Shown: positions 18,097 through 26,962, counted from the stretch's first letter. The stretch is DNA of 49,783 bases from Candidatus Pacearchaeota archaeon CG06_land_8_20_14_3_00_35_12 (GCA_002780285.1 PEVX01000019.1:1-49783); one strand, 5' to 3'. A program made the numbers and translations. Notes: generated from the sequence alone by a model not told the origin.

Positions 18097-19026
18097 TCAT
18101 GCTGGAAGAATGCTTATTGTTTTATCGCGGCTTTCCCGGTATTTATACTGTAAAATTATTTTTATAGGTGTTGGATAACTCTCGCTTAACGCAGAAATAT
18201 CTTTTTCGCAGCTTATTTGCCCAATCCTTGCATTTCCTGAAAGAGCCTGTATGCTGTTATAAGGTGCCTGTTCAGAAATAAGATTGCAGGATAGCCCTTG
18301 TTCAGCAGTTGTAACTGCAATTTTAACTACATCTTTTTTAAGCATCTCATTAATATCACTAGTCTGTAATTTGCTGCAATCAGCATCACTGGAATAAACT
18401 TCGCCCGCTGTGCCTTTGTTTTGAATGGTAAATTTGATCAGTAATTTATTTCCAACAATCTGTTCTGTCATGCTTGAAATTTGAATTGGAGCTGCTGAAT
18501 TGGAATTGGCAGCAATCTTTTCTCCAGTTATATTGCAAATAGTATTTCCTTTTCCAATGCAAAGCGAAGTTTCAATAGTTGTTGCATAATCATAGCAAGA
18601 GGTCAATACGAAATGCTGTGAAAAAGGATTTATTAAAGATGAAGTAAATTTTGCATTTTCTGCAAAAGAAAGCCTTTCACTTCCACCACTAAAAACATTT
18701 GATTTCCTTGGAAGAAGGGCTGAATTCTGTTTTTCTAAAACAATTCCTTGAAAATTTCCACTTACCCCGCTTAGGAACAATCTTGCTTTTCCTGCAGCTA
18801 TATCCTGCCCGCCACTGTTGTTCAAATCAACATATATTTTGAAAGGCTGATTTACAACGGCCTGAGTTGGTGGTGCGCTTTCAACAAAAGAGATGCTTAA
18901 TCCAAAAGAAGAAACGTTTGTTGGCTTTGTTCCGCCAGGCATCTGACAACCGTCAGCTCCAATCATTAAAAAAGCCAGCAAGATAATTGCTAAGAGAACA
19001 TAGTTTGAAATTCCTCTTTTATTCAT
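18097..19026 (-). CDS. Secreted or pilin-like surface protein (class III-like signal; GADGCQMPGG motif)
   Basis: MNKRG|ISNYVLLAIILLAFLMIGADGCQMPGG... The rest is hydrophilic and Cys-containing. Paralog of the next gene. Confidence 0.6.
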   Translation of the reverse strand: MNKRGISNYVLLAIILLAFLMIGADGCQMPGGTKPTNVSSFGLSISFVESAPPTQAVVNQPFKIYVDLNNSGGQDIAAGKARLFLSGVSGNFQGIVLEKQNSALLPRKSNVFSGGSERLSFAENAKFTSSLINPFSQHFVLTSCYDYATTIETSLCIGKGNTICNITGEKIAANSNSAAPIQISSMTEQIVGNKLLIKFTIQNKGTAGEVYSSDADCSKLQTSDINEMLKKDVVKIAVTTAEQGLSCNLISEQAPYNSIQALSGNARIGQISCEKDISALSESYPTPIKIILQYKYRESRDKTISILPA

Positions 19027-19037
19027 TTTTCCTCTTT

Positions 19038-19934
19038 TCAGCTTGGAAGTGTTTTTATTACAAAATTGAATTCACTTAAATCTTCAACTCCATAATTGAG
19101 CTGAATAATCAAAGGATAAATCACCTGTTCCTGCGTCGATAAATAAGCAAGCGCAGAGCAACTTATAAGTTTTTCGTTTTTAATTTCAAAATAACCCTTG
19201 GCATTAACGCATTCTACGTCTAAGGGGGGCATTGTGATAGAAAAAAGAGATATATTTTCAGTTCTAAAATCTGAAGAAAATATCTTTACATTTTGCTGTT
19301 TTGAAAATTTTATCGAAAAGTCTGCACTGTAGGCATTTTGTTTTGGGTGGATTGTCTTAGTGATAGCTGCAGATATTACTGCAGGAGTTTGTGTTAATGA
19401 AAGAGTTTCTGTTTCAGGGATTGGAACCTGAACATTTGCGGTCATTTTAGGCTGTTCGATATATCTTGCGCTAACAAAAAGTTTTGCTGGAGTATCTAGA
19501 GGAATGTCAATATAAGTATAGGGCCCAAAATAAAAAGTGTTTGAAGAAGGTTGCAGAGTTTTAGTTGTTTTGATTCCAGTACTTTGTTGAGTTACTTCTG
19601 CAGAAGTGAGAGTTTGTGTCTTGCAATCTCCTTCTTCTCCAGGAATTCCTCCGAAAGATTCAGCTATATTGTCCCTAACGCAAATCATGACGCTTTTTGA
19701 TTCCTCATTATAATTTAAAACATTTAATTTGACATAAAATTCATCTCCAACTTGAATCGTTTTGCCTGAAACGATATTTCCAACCCCGCCTTCAAGAGAG
19801 AAATCTATTCCTTTTCCGCTTGTCCCTGTTCTGCCCCCAGGCATAGTACATCCATCAGCTCCTAATACAAGCAAGGATAATGCAATTAATGAAATTAGCA
19901 ATAAGCTGCTGTTTACCTCTTTTTTAGATTTCAT
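19038..19934 (-). CDS. Secreted surface protein, paralog of 18097-19026 (GADGCTMPGG motif)
   Basis: The ATG at 19934 gives MKSKKEVNSSLLLISLIALSLLVLGADGCTMPGGRTG... It shares the post-helix GADGC[QT]MPGG motif with its neighbour. Confidence 0.6.
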   Translation of the reverse strand: MKSKKEVNSSLLLISLIALSLLVLGADGCTMPGGRTGTSGKGIDFSLEGGVGNIVSGKTIQVGDEFYVKLNVLNYNEESKSVMICVRDNIAESFGGIPGEEGDCKTQTLTSAEVTQQSTGIKTTKTLQPSSNTFYFGPYTYIDIPLDTPAKLFVSARYIEQPKMTANVQVPIPETETLSLTQTPAVISAAITKTIHPKQNAYSADFSIKFSKQQNVKIFSSDFRTENISLFSITMPPLDVECVNAKGYFEIKNEKLISCSALAYLSTQEQVIYPLIIQLNYGVEDLSEFNFVIKTLPS

Positions 19935-19975
19935 TTTGGTTATTTTAAATAGCAAATAGAATATTTAAATTTTCT

Positions 19976-21148
19976 TCATTGGGCTACTGAAAGCGCTGTG
20001 CTGAAATCTTTTGTAGTTGTATAATTGATGTCTATTTGTATGGGTTTGGAAGATTCTGATTTTAATTCCTCAACAATCATAAAATTACAGTTAAAACTGA
20101 ATGTGTCTTTCTCAGTGGCATAATTCTTAAGCAATTCCTGAATGTCAATATTTTGTATCTGTATAACACTTTTTTCTTTATCGCTTTGAATGAAATTTTC
20201 GCAGCTTACAGGCAAAAGGCTTGTAATTTTTATTGAATTTATTCTTTTCAAATCAAAATCTTTTTGTTTCTTGAATATTATTCTGAAATCTTGGCCTTCG
20301 CTGAAGGGCTGATTTCCAGGCAAATCCAAAGAGACTAAATATGGCAACACTTCTGAGTCTGGTTTTATAGTATATGTTATTTGTTCTTTGGTTCCTGCAA
20401 GACTTTCAGGAGAAACAGAGATGTTGCTGTTTAATGTAACTTTTGTAGTTCTTTCGATTTCAATAATCAGGTTCTTTCCAGATACTGTTTCTTTTGTCGC
20501 AGTCGAATCATTGCAATAAATTGGCGCTGTTTTGGTGATTGTGCTTTGTTTAAAAAGCGCGCTTTTTTTATTGTTAAAAATAGTAGTATCTATTGGAGAA
20601 TCTTTGCTTCCAAGATAGCATTGAGGCGTTAAATTTATCTCCTCTTCATAAGGATTTATGACTGTCAAATTCTCACGCATGGAAAAAGGTTTTTCTGAAT
20701 GATAAATTGTTTGAGGAAAATTTAGCTGAATTGTTGTCAGTTTTGGCTGTTTTTGCTGTTGTCCTGCAACACATTCTGGATTAAAAGCACACTTCAGTTG
20801 CGACCAACCTTGTGACCAACCAGACTTATAAGCGGTTGTTACTGTTGCTGCTCTTGCTTCTAAATCACCATAGAATGTTGGATTTGCAGAATTAATAGCC
20901 ATGACTGCTATTAATCCGATTAAAATTCCGATTAAAAGACCGAGACCTTTTGCTTTTCCTGCAACAGCAGTTGCAATCAACCATGCTGGTAAAAAAATGA
21001 TAGTAAAGAAAATGGCTTTTACTATTACGTTAGTCTTCCAAAATGCAGATGAAGTAAAAGCAATAATTACAATCGCAATTATAATCCCTAGAAGGAGAAT
21101 GATGTTAAAACCAGGGCCCTTTTCCTCTTTTTCGTTTTCTTCAGGCAT
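19976..21148 (-). CDS. Membrane protein (3 N-terminal TM) with a large extracytoplasmic domain
   Basis: The ATG at 21148 follows the upstream stop as TAA-A-ATG (the track start at 21157 is TTG). TM segments FNIILLLGIIIAIVIIAF, AIFFTIIFLPAWLIATAV, LGLLIGILIGLIAVMAI. Confidence 0.6.
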   Translation of the reverse strand: MPEENEKEEKGPGFNIILLLGIIIAIVIIAFTSSAFWKTNVIVKAIFFTIIFLPAWLIATAVAGKAKGLGLLIGILIGLIAVMAINSANPTFYGDLEARAATVTTAYKSGWSQGWSQLKCAFNPECVAGQQQKQPKLTTIQLNFPQTIYHSEKPFSMRENLTVINPYEEEINLTPQCYLGSKDSPIDTTIFNNKKSALFKQSTITKTAPIYCNDSTATKETVSGKNLIIEIERTTKVTLNSNISVSPESLAGTKEQITYTIKPDSEVLPYLVSLDLPGNQPFSEGQDFRIIFKKQKDFDLKRINSIKITSLLPVSCENFIQSDKEKSVIQIQNIDIQELLKNYATEKDTFSFNCNFMIVEELKSESSKPIQIDINYTTTKDFSTALSVAQ

Positions 21149-21149
21149 T

Positions 21150-22259
21150 TTATTCAAACTGGAAGATTAATGAATTAATTGTAAATGTTTTTTTAGGAAC
21201 AAGAAGAATTGTATTTTGTCCGCTTCTGATATACTGATTAAGAACAATTCTGTATTCTGGTGAATTTGTGCTTGCGCCAATCTTAAATCCATTGAAGTAC
21301 ACATCAAATTGCTTTGATTCAATTGTTGGAAAAATTAAATAGAGCACTGCATTGTTTGTTCCATTTCTAACGCTTTCAATCTGTTCATTATTTAATGCAA
21401 TATAGAAAAGAGGATACTGCTTGTCTTTTGTCGTTATGCTTAGACTAATATTCTTAATATAAAGATTCCCAGAGCTTGAAAATGTCAAATTGTTTTCTTT
21501 CTGAATCTTATCTGTCAAGTCGATTACAGCTTCATCGCAGACAGACTTATTGAGCTCTGTTTCTCCATTCCAAATCACTTTCAAAGCATCATCTGAAAAA
21601 CAATCTGTCTCAAATCTAAGGCTGGCACTTTTAATATCTGATAGATTTTGGTCTACATCTATCTTTTTGGTAATGGTATCCTGAGTGACAAAATAAACTT
21701 CTTTGACAATCACTGAATTTATGTCAAAACTGCTGATTTGCCATGGAAACCATGGGAATGAAGGCACTATTTTCAAAGTATTTGTTTTGTTCAAAATATT
21801 GTTTGGAATTGAAGCTAGAAAGTAGCCCTCTTTTGAAGCGCTTTTAATTTTTTTTCCGTTTACGTAAATGTCAAAGGTTCCAAAGGCTTTTGCAACAGAA
21901 ACAAAAATTTTGGATTCTTTTATCTTGTCATGGAGAGAAAATTGTTTTTCTATTGGCTTTTGAATCCACCAGCTTCTTTCAATTGTTTGAGGCAGAACAA
22001 CAAGTGGAAAATCCAGGCTTTCATAACTGAATAATTCAATTGGCTGAAGAGAATAGTTTACGAATTCCTGAGGAACGAGCAATCCCGGAGTTATATTCAA
22101 GATTGTAGTTATATTGTGCACTGGATTGCAATCTGGCAAGTCAGGCAGAATCTCGCATCTTTGGTCTAAAGGCAGAGCTACAAGATATGCCACTATGAAA
22201 AGTCCTATTGCCAACAAAAGCAAAATCAGCTTGCCCTGCGCTTTTTTATTTGATAGCAT
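21150..22259 (-). CDS. Surface protein with class III (prepilin-like) signal peptide
   Basis: MLSNKKA|QGKLILLLLAIGLFIVAYLVALP, then about 330 hydrophilic residues. Confidence 0.6.
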   Translation of the reverse strand: MLSNKKAQGKLILLLLAIGLFIVAYLVALPLDQRCEILPDLPDCNPVHNITTILNITPGLLVPQEFVNYSLQPIELFSYESLDFPLVVLPQTIERSWWIQKPIEKQFSLHDKIKESKIFVSVAKAFGTFDIYVNGKKIKSASKEGYFLASIPNNILNKTNTLKIVPSFPWFPWQISSFDINSVIVKEVYFVTQDTITKKIDVDQNLSDIKSASLRFETDCFSDDALKVIWNGETELNKSVCDEAVIDLTDKIQKENNLTFSSSGNLYIKNISLSITTKDKQYPLFYIALNNEQIESVRNGTNNAVLYLIFPTIESKQFDVYFNGFKIGASTNSPEYRIVLNQYIRSGQNTILLVPKKTFTINSLIFQFE

Positions 22260-22374
22260 TTTTACAAATCCTCTTATTTCTATTATTAGGAATATATTTT
22301 AGAGGCATATAAACTTTTCGCCAAAAAGTTTATTTAAGCGCTTTTCTTCACCATATCAGCAAAGGTGATTTAGC

Positions 22375-22485
22375 ATGGCAGAATATGCATTTCAGCAGCA
22401 GAGAAAAAGCAAAAGAGATATGAAAAGAAAAAGAAGAATCCGTGTCTATAAAAAAGGCGGGCCCAGAAGAACAATCAAGCTCTGA
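22375..22485 (+). CDS. Possible 36-aa highly basic small protein (below track cutoff)
   Basis: The ATG at 22375 is preceded by aaaggtgatttagc (AGGTGA Shine-Dalgarno-like, 5-nt spacer). Translation is MAEYAFQQQRKSKRDMKRKRRIRVYKKGGPRRTIKL. Its 3' end overlaps the convergent reductase gene by 11 nt. Confidence 0.3.
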   Translation: MAEYAFQQQRKSKRDMKRKRRIRVYKKGGPRRTIKL

Positions 22486-23641
22486 TTGCCTTGAATAACA
22501 GAGAAAGAAATCGCAGATTAAGCAGATTGGGCAGTAACCAAAAAAAGTTAATGTTTTTTGAGAGCTCATCTCTTGCTCCGATTAATTTTTTGTTCTTTTT
22601 AATCAATTCAAGCAGAAAATCAACATCATCGTCTGAAATTTTTGATAAAGCTCTGCTGATTAAAGCATGCATTTTAAGTTCATTGCTCAGTCCAGAAAGT
22701 CTTTTTGCATATTCTTCAGCATTTTTGTTCTTAGAGATGACAGATTCTAAGATTTTGGCTGCCCTAAAAAGCGGAACAATCCCGCCATAGGTCGTTGCTT
22801 TTACTTGGGCTGCTGAATCACCAAGAAGGAAGACATTATTTTGACCATAGATGATAGATTTATTCCAGATTGGAATTTTCTCTTGTTCTATTTTAAATAT
22901 TTTTTTTGTGCCAAGCATTTTTAGGATCATCTTAAACTTTTGACTGAGTAATTCTTTAGATTTTGGAATAGTCGAAGTGTAAGAAACAGTAAGATGATTT
23001 TTGTAGGGGAAAAGCCAGACAAGATCTTTGGAAGAAATGTCAATATAGGCAGTCCAAAGAGATTTTTGCATTTTTTTGTCTGTCATAATTTCTGCCTGTA
23101 TTGCGTTTTTAACTTCAATTTTATTTCCAAGTTTTCTTGAAATTATGCTTTCAGCTCCAGAAGCATCAATCAAAAAATCTGCTGAAAGAGTTTTTTTTCC
23201 ATTTAGAGCAATAATTAATCTCTTATTTTTATAAGAAAAATTAGAGAAATTTGCCTTTAGGAATTTAGCACCATTTTTCATGGCTTTTGAGAGAAGAATA
23301 TGTCTCAGTTTTTTGGGGTTTATCACAATTTCTGGTGATTCCAGATTTAATTGTACGTTATTGTGCTTTGAAACTATCAGAGCTTTTGGAATTTTATTAA
23401 CAATAACTTTCCTATTAAATGATTCAGTCCTAAATATTGGATTGATGCTGAAAAAGCTTGAAGTTAAAAGCCTAAGGCATTTTCTTTCTACGGATTTTGG
23501 GTTTTTATCAATAATAAGAACATCAAAATTCTTTGAGAGTAGATATGCCGCAAAACTTCCTGCAAAACCGCTGCCAACAATGACAACATTTTTTCTTTTC
23601 ATGCGGCTTGCAAAATCAAAAAGACTTATAAATTTATTCAA
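22475..23641 (-). CDS. FAD-dependent geranylgeranyl reductase family oxidoreductase
   Basis: Rossmann motif VVIVGSGFAGSFAAYLL...DVLIIDKN and LLGDSAAQVKATTYGGI (GDAAG-like motif of GGR). The start may be the MKRKN codon at 23602. Confidence 0.7.
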   Translation of the reverse strand: MNKFISLFDFASRMKRKNVVIVGSGFAGSFAAYLLSKNFDVLIIDKNPKSVERKCLRLLTSSFFSINPIFRTESFNRKVIVNKIPKALIVSKHNNVQLNLESPEIVINPKKLRHILLSKAMKNGAKFLKANFSNFSYKNKRLIIALNGKKTLSADFLIDASGAESIISRKLGNKIEVKNAIQAEIMTDKKMQKSLWTAYIDISSKDLVWLFPYKNHLTVSYTSTIPKSKELLSQKFKMILKMLGTKKIFKIEQEKIPIWNKSIIYGQNNVFLLGDSAAQVKATTYGGIVPLFRAAKILESVISKNKNAEEYAKRLSGLSNELKMHALISRALSKISDDDVDFLLELIKKNKKLIGARDELSKNINFFWLLPNLLNLRFLSLLFKAIRA

Positions 23642-23653
23642 TCTTTTTAAAAG

Positions 23654-24535
23654 ATGATAGACATTACAAGCGCATTGCTTATTGCATTAAGCCTCATTTA
23701 TGGTGGAATTGCAATTTATCAAGACATAAAAAAAAGAGAAGTTTCAAATTGGGTAAATTTCAGCTTCATAGCTCTGCTTTTTTTCGTGCTTTTATTTGAA
23801 TCAATAATAAAATTGGAATTTTACCCTATTTTAATCTGCCTCATAGCATTGGGAATTTATTTTGGAATGGCAAATTTATTCTATTATGGAAGAATTTTTG
23901 CAGGAGGTGATGCAAAACTGCTCATGGGCTTGGGAATTGCAGTCAGTTCAATCTCAATAACTGCACTTAATTTTCCAGCTTTTTTTAATACGCTTCTCTC
24001 ATTTATGGCAAACATCTTATTTTTAGGTTCTATATATGGGCTCGGCTATTCTCTTGTTCTTTATCTAACATACAAAGACAAAAAAAGAATTAAAAGATTA
24101 AGTGAAGAAATCAAAAATAAAAATAAAAAGATTTACACTACAGCACTAATATTCTCTTTGATTTTTATAGCACTATCGATTCTACTGAAAAATATTTATT
24201 TTTTCGTTCTTGCCATTTTAATCTTCATTTCTTCAAAACTTCTGATTTCATTAAAGGTGATTGAAAATTGCTGCCTGGTAAAAGCAATTCCTGTTTCACA
24301 ATTAAGAGAGGGAGACTGGCTCAGTATACCGTTTAAAATAAAAGGAAAAAAAGAGATTATTCCAACATGGGATGGGCTAACAAATAAAGATATTGAAAGA
24401 TTAAAGAAATACGAGAAAGGTAAAAAGATACTCATAAAAGAAGGCCTGCCCTTCACGCCAGTGATTGTTTCTGCATTTATTGTTTATCTTATTTGGGGCA
24501 ATTTATTATATTTGATAGTTTTATTAATGGCTTAA
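23654..24535 (+). CDS. A24-family prepilin/preflagellin peptidase (PibD/FlaK/EppA-like)
   Basis: Polytopic membrane protein. First catalytic Asp context GGIAIYQDIKKREVSNW, second IFAGGDAKLLMGLG (GxGD type). Extra soluble C-terminal region of about 80 aa. Confidence 0.8.
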   Translation: MIDITSALLIALSLIYGGIAIYQDIKKREVSNWVNFSFIALLFFVLLFESIIKLEFYPILICLIALGIYFGMANLFYYGRIFAGGDAKLLMGLGIAVSSISITALNFPAFFNTLLSFMANILFLGSIYGLGYSLVLYLTYKDKKRIKRLSEEIKNKNKKIYTTALIFSLIFIALSILLKNIYFFVLAILIFISSKLLISLKVIENCCLVKAIPVSQLREGDWLSIPFKIKGKKEIIPTWDGLTNKDIERLKKYEKGKKILIKEGLPFTPVIVSAFIVYLIWGNLLYLIVLLMA

Positions 24536-24538
24536 AAA

Positions 24539-25117
24539 TCAAGGTATCCTTCTGCCAATAAGGCTTTTCATCTGCCGCATCTCTTCATCTTCTTTCTTTT
24601 TCTCTATTTTTTGTTTTTTGGCAGATTCATCAGCAATTTTTTTAGTAATTTTCTTCTTGATTTTTTCTGTCTCTTCTGTGACAAGCTTAATTGATTCTTT
24701 TTTTGCTTCGTCCCTTATCTTATTTCCAATCTCTTCTAATTTTTTTGGTTCAACTTGTTTTCTTTCCCATTCTGCCGAGACAGGATTGTCGTCATAGCTT
24801 GGAATCAAATTTATATAAAAATGTGGTAGTCTTTGTCCTGCTGATTTTCCCTCACAAGCATAAATATTGATGCCTGTTGCTTTCATTACCTTTTTAATAA
24901 TTCCGGAAAGAAGTTTTGCTAATTTAAAAAGAAAGACTAAAACATCATCAGGTATTTGGTCAAGAGTTTCATAGTGCGTCCTGGGCATTAGTATTACATG
25001 CCCTTCTGATGCGGGATTTATGTCAAGAATAGCAAGAACTGTTTTATCTTCATAGATTTTTATTGTTGGAAGGCTTCCATCAATTATCTGGCAAAAAACG
25101 CATTTTTCTTCAGCCAT
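24539..25117 (-). CDS. HIT-family protein with degenerate histidine triad and Lys/Glu-rich C-terminal tail
   Basis: CVFCQIIDGSLPT...NPASEGHVILMPRTHYETLDQIPDD is classic HIT, but the triad position reads LPHFYINLIP instead of HxHxHxx (checked against the DNA). Confidence 0.7.
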   Translation of the reverse strand: MAEEKCVFCQIIDGSLPTIKIYEDKTVLAILDINPASEGHVILMPRTHYETLDQIPDDVLVFLFKLAKLLSGIIKKVMKATGINIYACEGKSAGQRLPHFYINLIPSYDDNPVSAEWERKQVEPKKLEEIGNKIRDEAKKESIKLVTEETEKIKKKITKKIADESAKKQKIEKKKEDEEMRQMKSLIGRRIP

Positions 25118-25210
25118 TTTAGATTATTGCTTTTAATTATAAAACAGGGGGTTTTAAAAACTATGCGAAAAATTACAAAATTTTAAAAAACATAGATACT
25201 AAATAAAAGC

Positions 25211-25363
25211 ATGACATACATATGCACAAACTGCAATTTTAAATTCAAATTGAAAAGCGAAAGTTCAGAGCATCCAAAAAGATGTCCCTATTGCTCTAAA
25301 GAAAATACAGTAATAAGCGATGATGAAGGGATGATAAAAGACGTAGAGGATTTGTTAAAATAA
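25211..25363 (+). CDS. 50-aa zinc-ribbon protein (below track cutoff)
   Basis: MTYICTNCNFKFKLKSESSEHPKRCPYCSKENTVISDDEGMIKDVEDLLK. CxxC...CxxC, open from ATG 25211 to TAA 25361-25363. Confidence 0.5.
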   Translation: MTYICTNCNFKFKLKSESSEHPKRCPYCSKENTVISDDEGMIKDVEDLLK

Positions 25364-25368
25364 AGATT

Positions 25369-25641
25369 TTATCCTAAAGCGCGCCGCATTTCCAAAACTT
25401 CTGTAGAAGAAACCTGCTCGACTGCACTCAATTCATCCTCAAGAAGATCTAAGCCTTTTTCTTCTGGCCAACCAAAAATTATAATTACTGCTTTTAATCC
25501 AAAAGCAATAGGCTCTATTTCTATAGAATGAATTTTTGCGCCAGTTTTTTCAAGAACTTGCTTTGCGTCTTCCTCAATTTTTTTCAAATCACTCTCGGGA
25601 GATTCAGGCATTATTTTTATTTTTACAGCCATTAATGCCAT
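25369..25641 (-). CDS. ef1b: Elongation factor aEF-1 beta
   Basis: MALMAVKIKIMPESPESDLKKIEEDAKQ...IEPIAFGLKAVIIIFGWPEEKG, typical of aEF-1beta at about 90 aa. Confidence 0.85.
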   Translation of the reverse strand: MALMAVKIKIMPESPESDLKKIEEDAKQVLEKTGAKIHSIEIEPIAFGLKAVIIIFGWPEEKGLDLLEDELSAVEQVSSTEVLEMRRALG

Positions 25642-25646
25642 TTTAA

Positions 25647-25799
25647 TCAGGGCCCCTCAAAACCGCACTTACATTTATACTGAACAGAAAGTTTCTTGCA
25701 CTTATTGCATCTTGCTATTTCAACCTTGCATTTAGGGCATGGAAATTTTGAGCCGTTTTTTTCAATCATTTCTTTGCATGATAAGCATTTCATTTTCAT
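25647..25799 (-). CDS. Zn-ribbon protein (COG2888-like) upstream of aEF-1beta
   Basis: MKMKCLSCKEMIEKNGSKFPCPKCKVEIARCNKCKKLSVQYKCKCGFEGP, multiple CxxC pairs. The conserved archaeal pairing with aEF-1beta supports it. The longer track ORF (to 25937) overlaps tRNA-Arg and is rejected. Confidence 0.65.
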   Translation of the reverse strand: MKMKCLSCKEMIEKNGSKFPCPKCKVEIARCNKCKKLSVQYKCKCGFEGP

Positions 25800-25849
25800 A
25801 AGAATTTGATGAAGATTGTTTATAAAGTTTCTTATCAACAAATGCCAAA

Positions 25850-25921
25850 TGCCCCTACGAAGATTCGAACTCCGATCACAACCTCCGCAAGGTCGTATTC
25901 TATCCGTTGAACTATAGGGGC
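25850..25921 (-). tRNA. tRNA-Arg(GCG)
   Basis: Minus strand reads GCCCCTA TA GTTC AACGGATA GAAT A CGACC TTGCGGA GGTTG TGAT CGGAG TTCGAAT CTTCG TAGGGGC A. Cloverleaf with anticodon GCG. Confidence 0.85.
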
Positions 25922-25963
25922 AACTAAGCTGATACAAAAAGAAAAACTTGTGGGCTTTAAATC

Positions 25964-26962
25964 TTATTCTTTAGGCTCGTTGTCAACCAGGCCGCCTTTT
26001 GTGACAAAGAAAACAGTTTCATTCTCAGGCAGGTTTGGACTGTCAATGAGTTTTGCAACACGTGAATCTTTTTTGCTTTTTCTCAAATAAATTCTGTAAG
26101 TTGATGCATGGCCAACAATATGCCCGCCAATTGCTCGAGTAGGATCTCCGAACATCATTGCAGGATCGGCCATCACCTGATTTGTCACATAAACAGCAAG
26201 ATTGAACTGCTCTGCCATCCTCATTAAGTTATGCAGATATCTGTTGATTTTTTGCTGCCTGTCTGCAAGCATTCCTCTTCCTGCAAATTCCGCCCGGAAA
26301 TGCGCAGTCAAACTGTCAATAATAACAATCCTTATTGGCTCGCCATTTCTGATTAATTCTCCTACTTTGTCAAGAAGAAGTATTTGATGGTCGCTGTTAA
26401 ATGCTCTTGCGACAAAAACATTTTTTAGTGCCAATGCAGGATCAGCGCCAATTCCTTCTGACATTTGCCTGATTCTCTCAGGCCTGAAAGTCCCTTCTGT
26501 ATCAATATAAACTGCTTTACCCTCTGCTCCTCCTCTTTCTTTTGGCAATTGAACATTTACAGCAAGCGCATGAGCTAATTGTGTTTTTCCGCTTCCAAAC
26601 GCGCCGTAGGCTTCTGTAATAGCCTTTGTTTCAACCCCTCTCCCACCCAGAAGATTATCCAAATTTTTGCTGCCCGTTGTGATGCATAAAATTGCCTGTC
26701 TTTTTTTCTCAAATTCAGAAGCATCTTGAAATGCAAGATTAAGCATTTTTCTTGCAGCAATAATTGCCTTTCTCGCGATATTTTCGCTTAAATCAGAAAC
26801 ATGGCTTAAATCAGAAGGCGTTAAAACAGCAATGCTCATTAAATCAGTCATGCCTGCAGCCTCTAATTTTGCGGCAATAATTGGCCCCACTCCGGGCAGA
26901 TCAGTAATCTTGTATTCTTTTGAAAGAGAATCTTCAGCTTTCTTGGTTTCTTTCTCAGCCAT
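25964..26962 (-). CDS. radA: DNA repair and recombination protein RadA
   Basis: N-terminal HhH (LPGVGPIIAAKLEAAGMTDLMSIA), Walker A GAFGSGKTQLAH, and Walker B-like VIIDSLTAHFR. Confidence 0.92.
   Translation of the reverse strand: MAEKETKKAEDSLSKEYKITDLPGVGPIIAAKLEAAGMTDLMSIAVLTPSDLSHVSDLSENIARKAIIAARKMLNLAFQDASEFEKKRQAILCITTGSKNLDNLLGGRGVETKAITEAYGAFGSGKTQLAHALAVNVQLPKERGGAEGKAVYIDTEGTFRPERIRQMSEGIGADPALALKNVFVARAFNSDHQILLLDKVGELIRNGEPIRIVIIDSLTAHFRAEFAGRGMLADRQQKINRYLHNLMRMAEQFNLAVYVTNQVMADPAMMFGDPTRAIGGHIVGHASTYRIYLRKSKKDSRVAKLIDSPNLPENETVFFVTKGGLVDNEPKE

Noticed and set aside
22348-22569. 73-aa Cys-rich minus-strand track ORF
   Set aside because: It overlaps the 3' end of the geranylgeranyl reductase gene in another frame and the candidate small basic ORF. 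It has no SD-like site and an implausible composition.
25800-25937. N-terminal 46 codons of the 96-aa track ORF 25647..25937
   Set aside because: They overlap tRNA-Arg(GCG) at 25850-25921. The zinc-ribbon protein is complete from the ATG at 25799.
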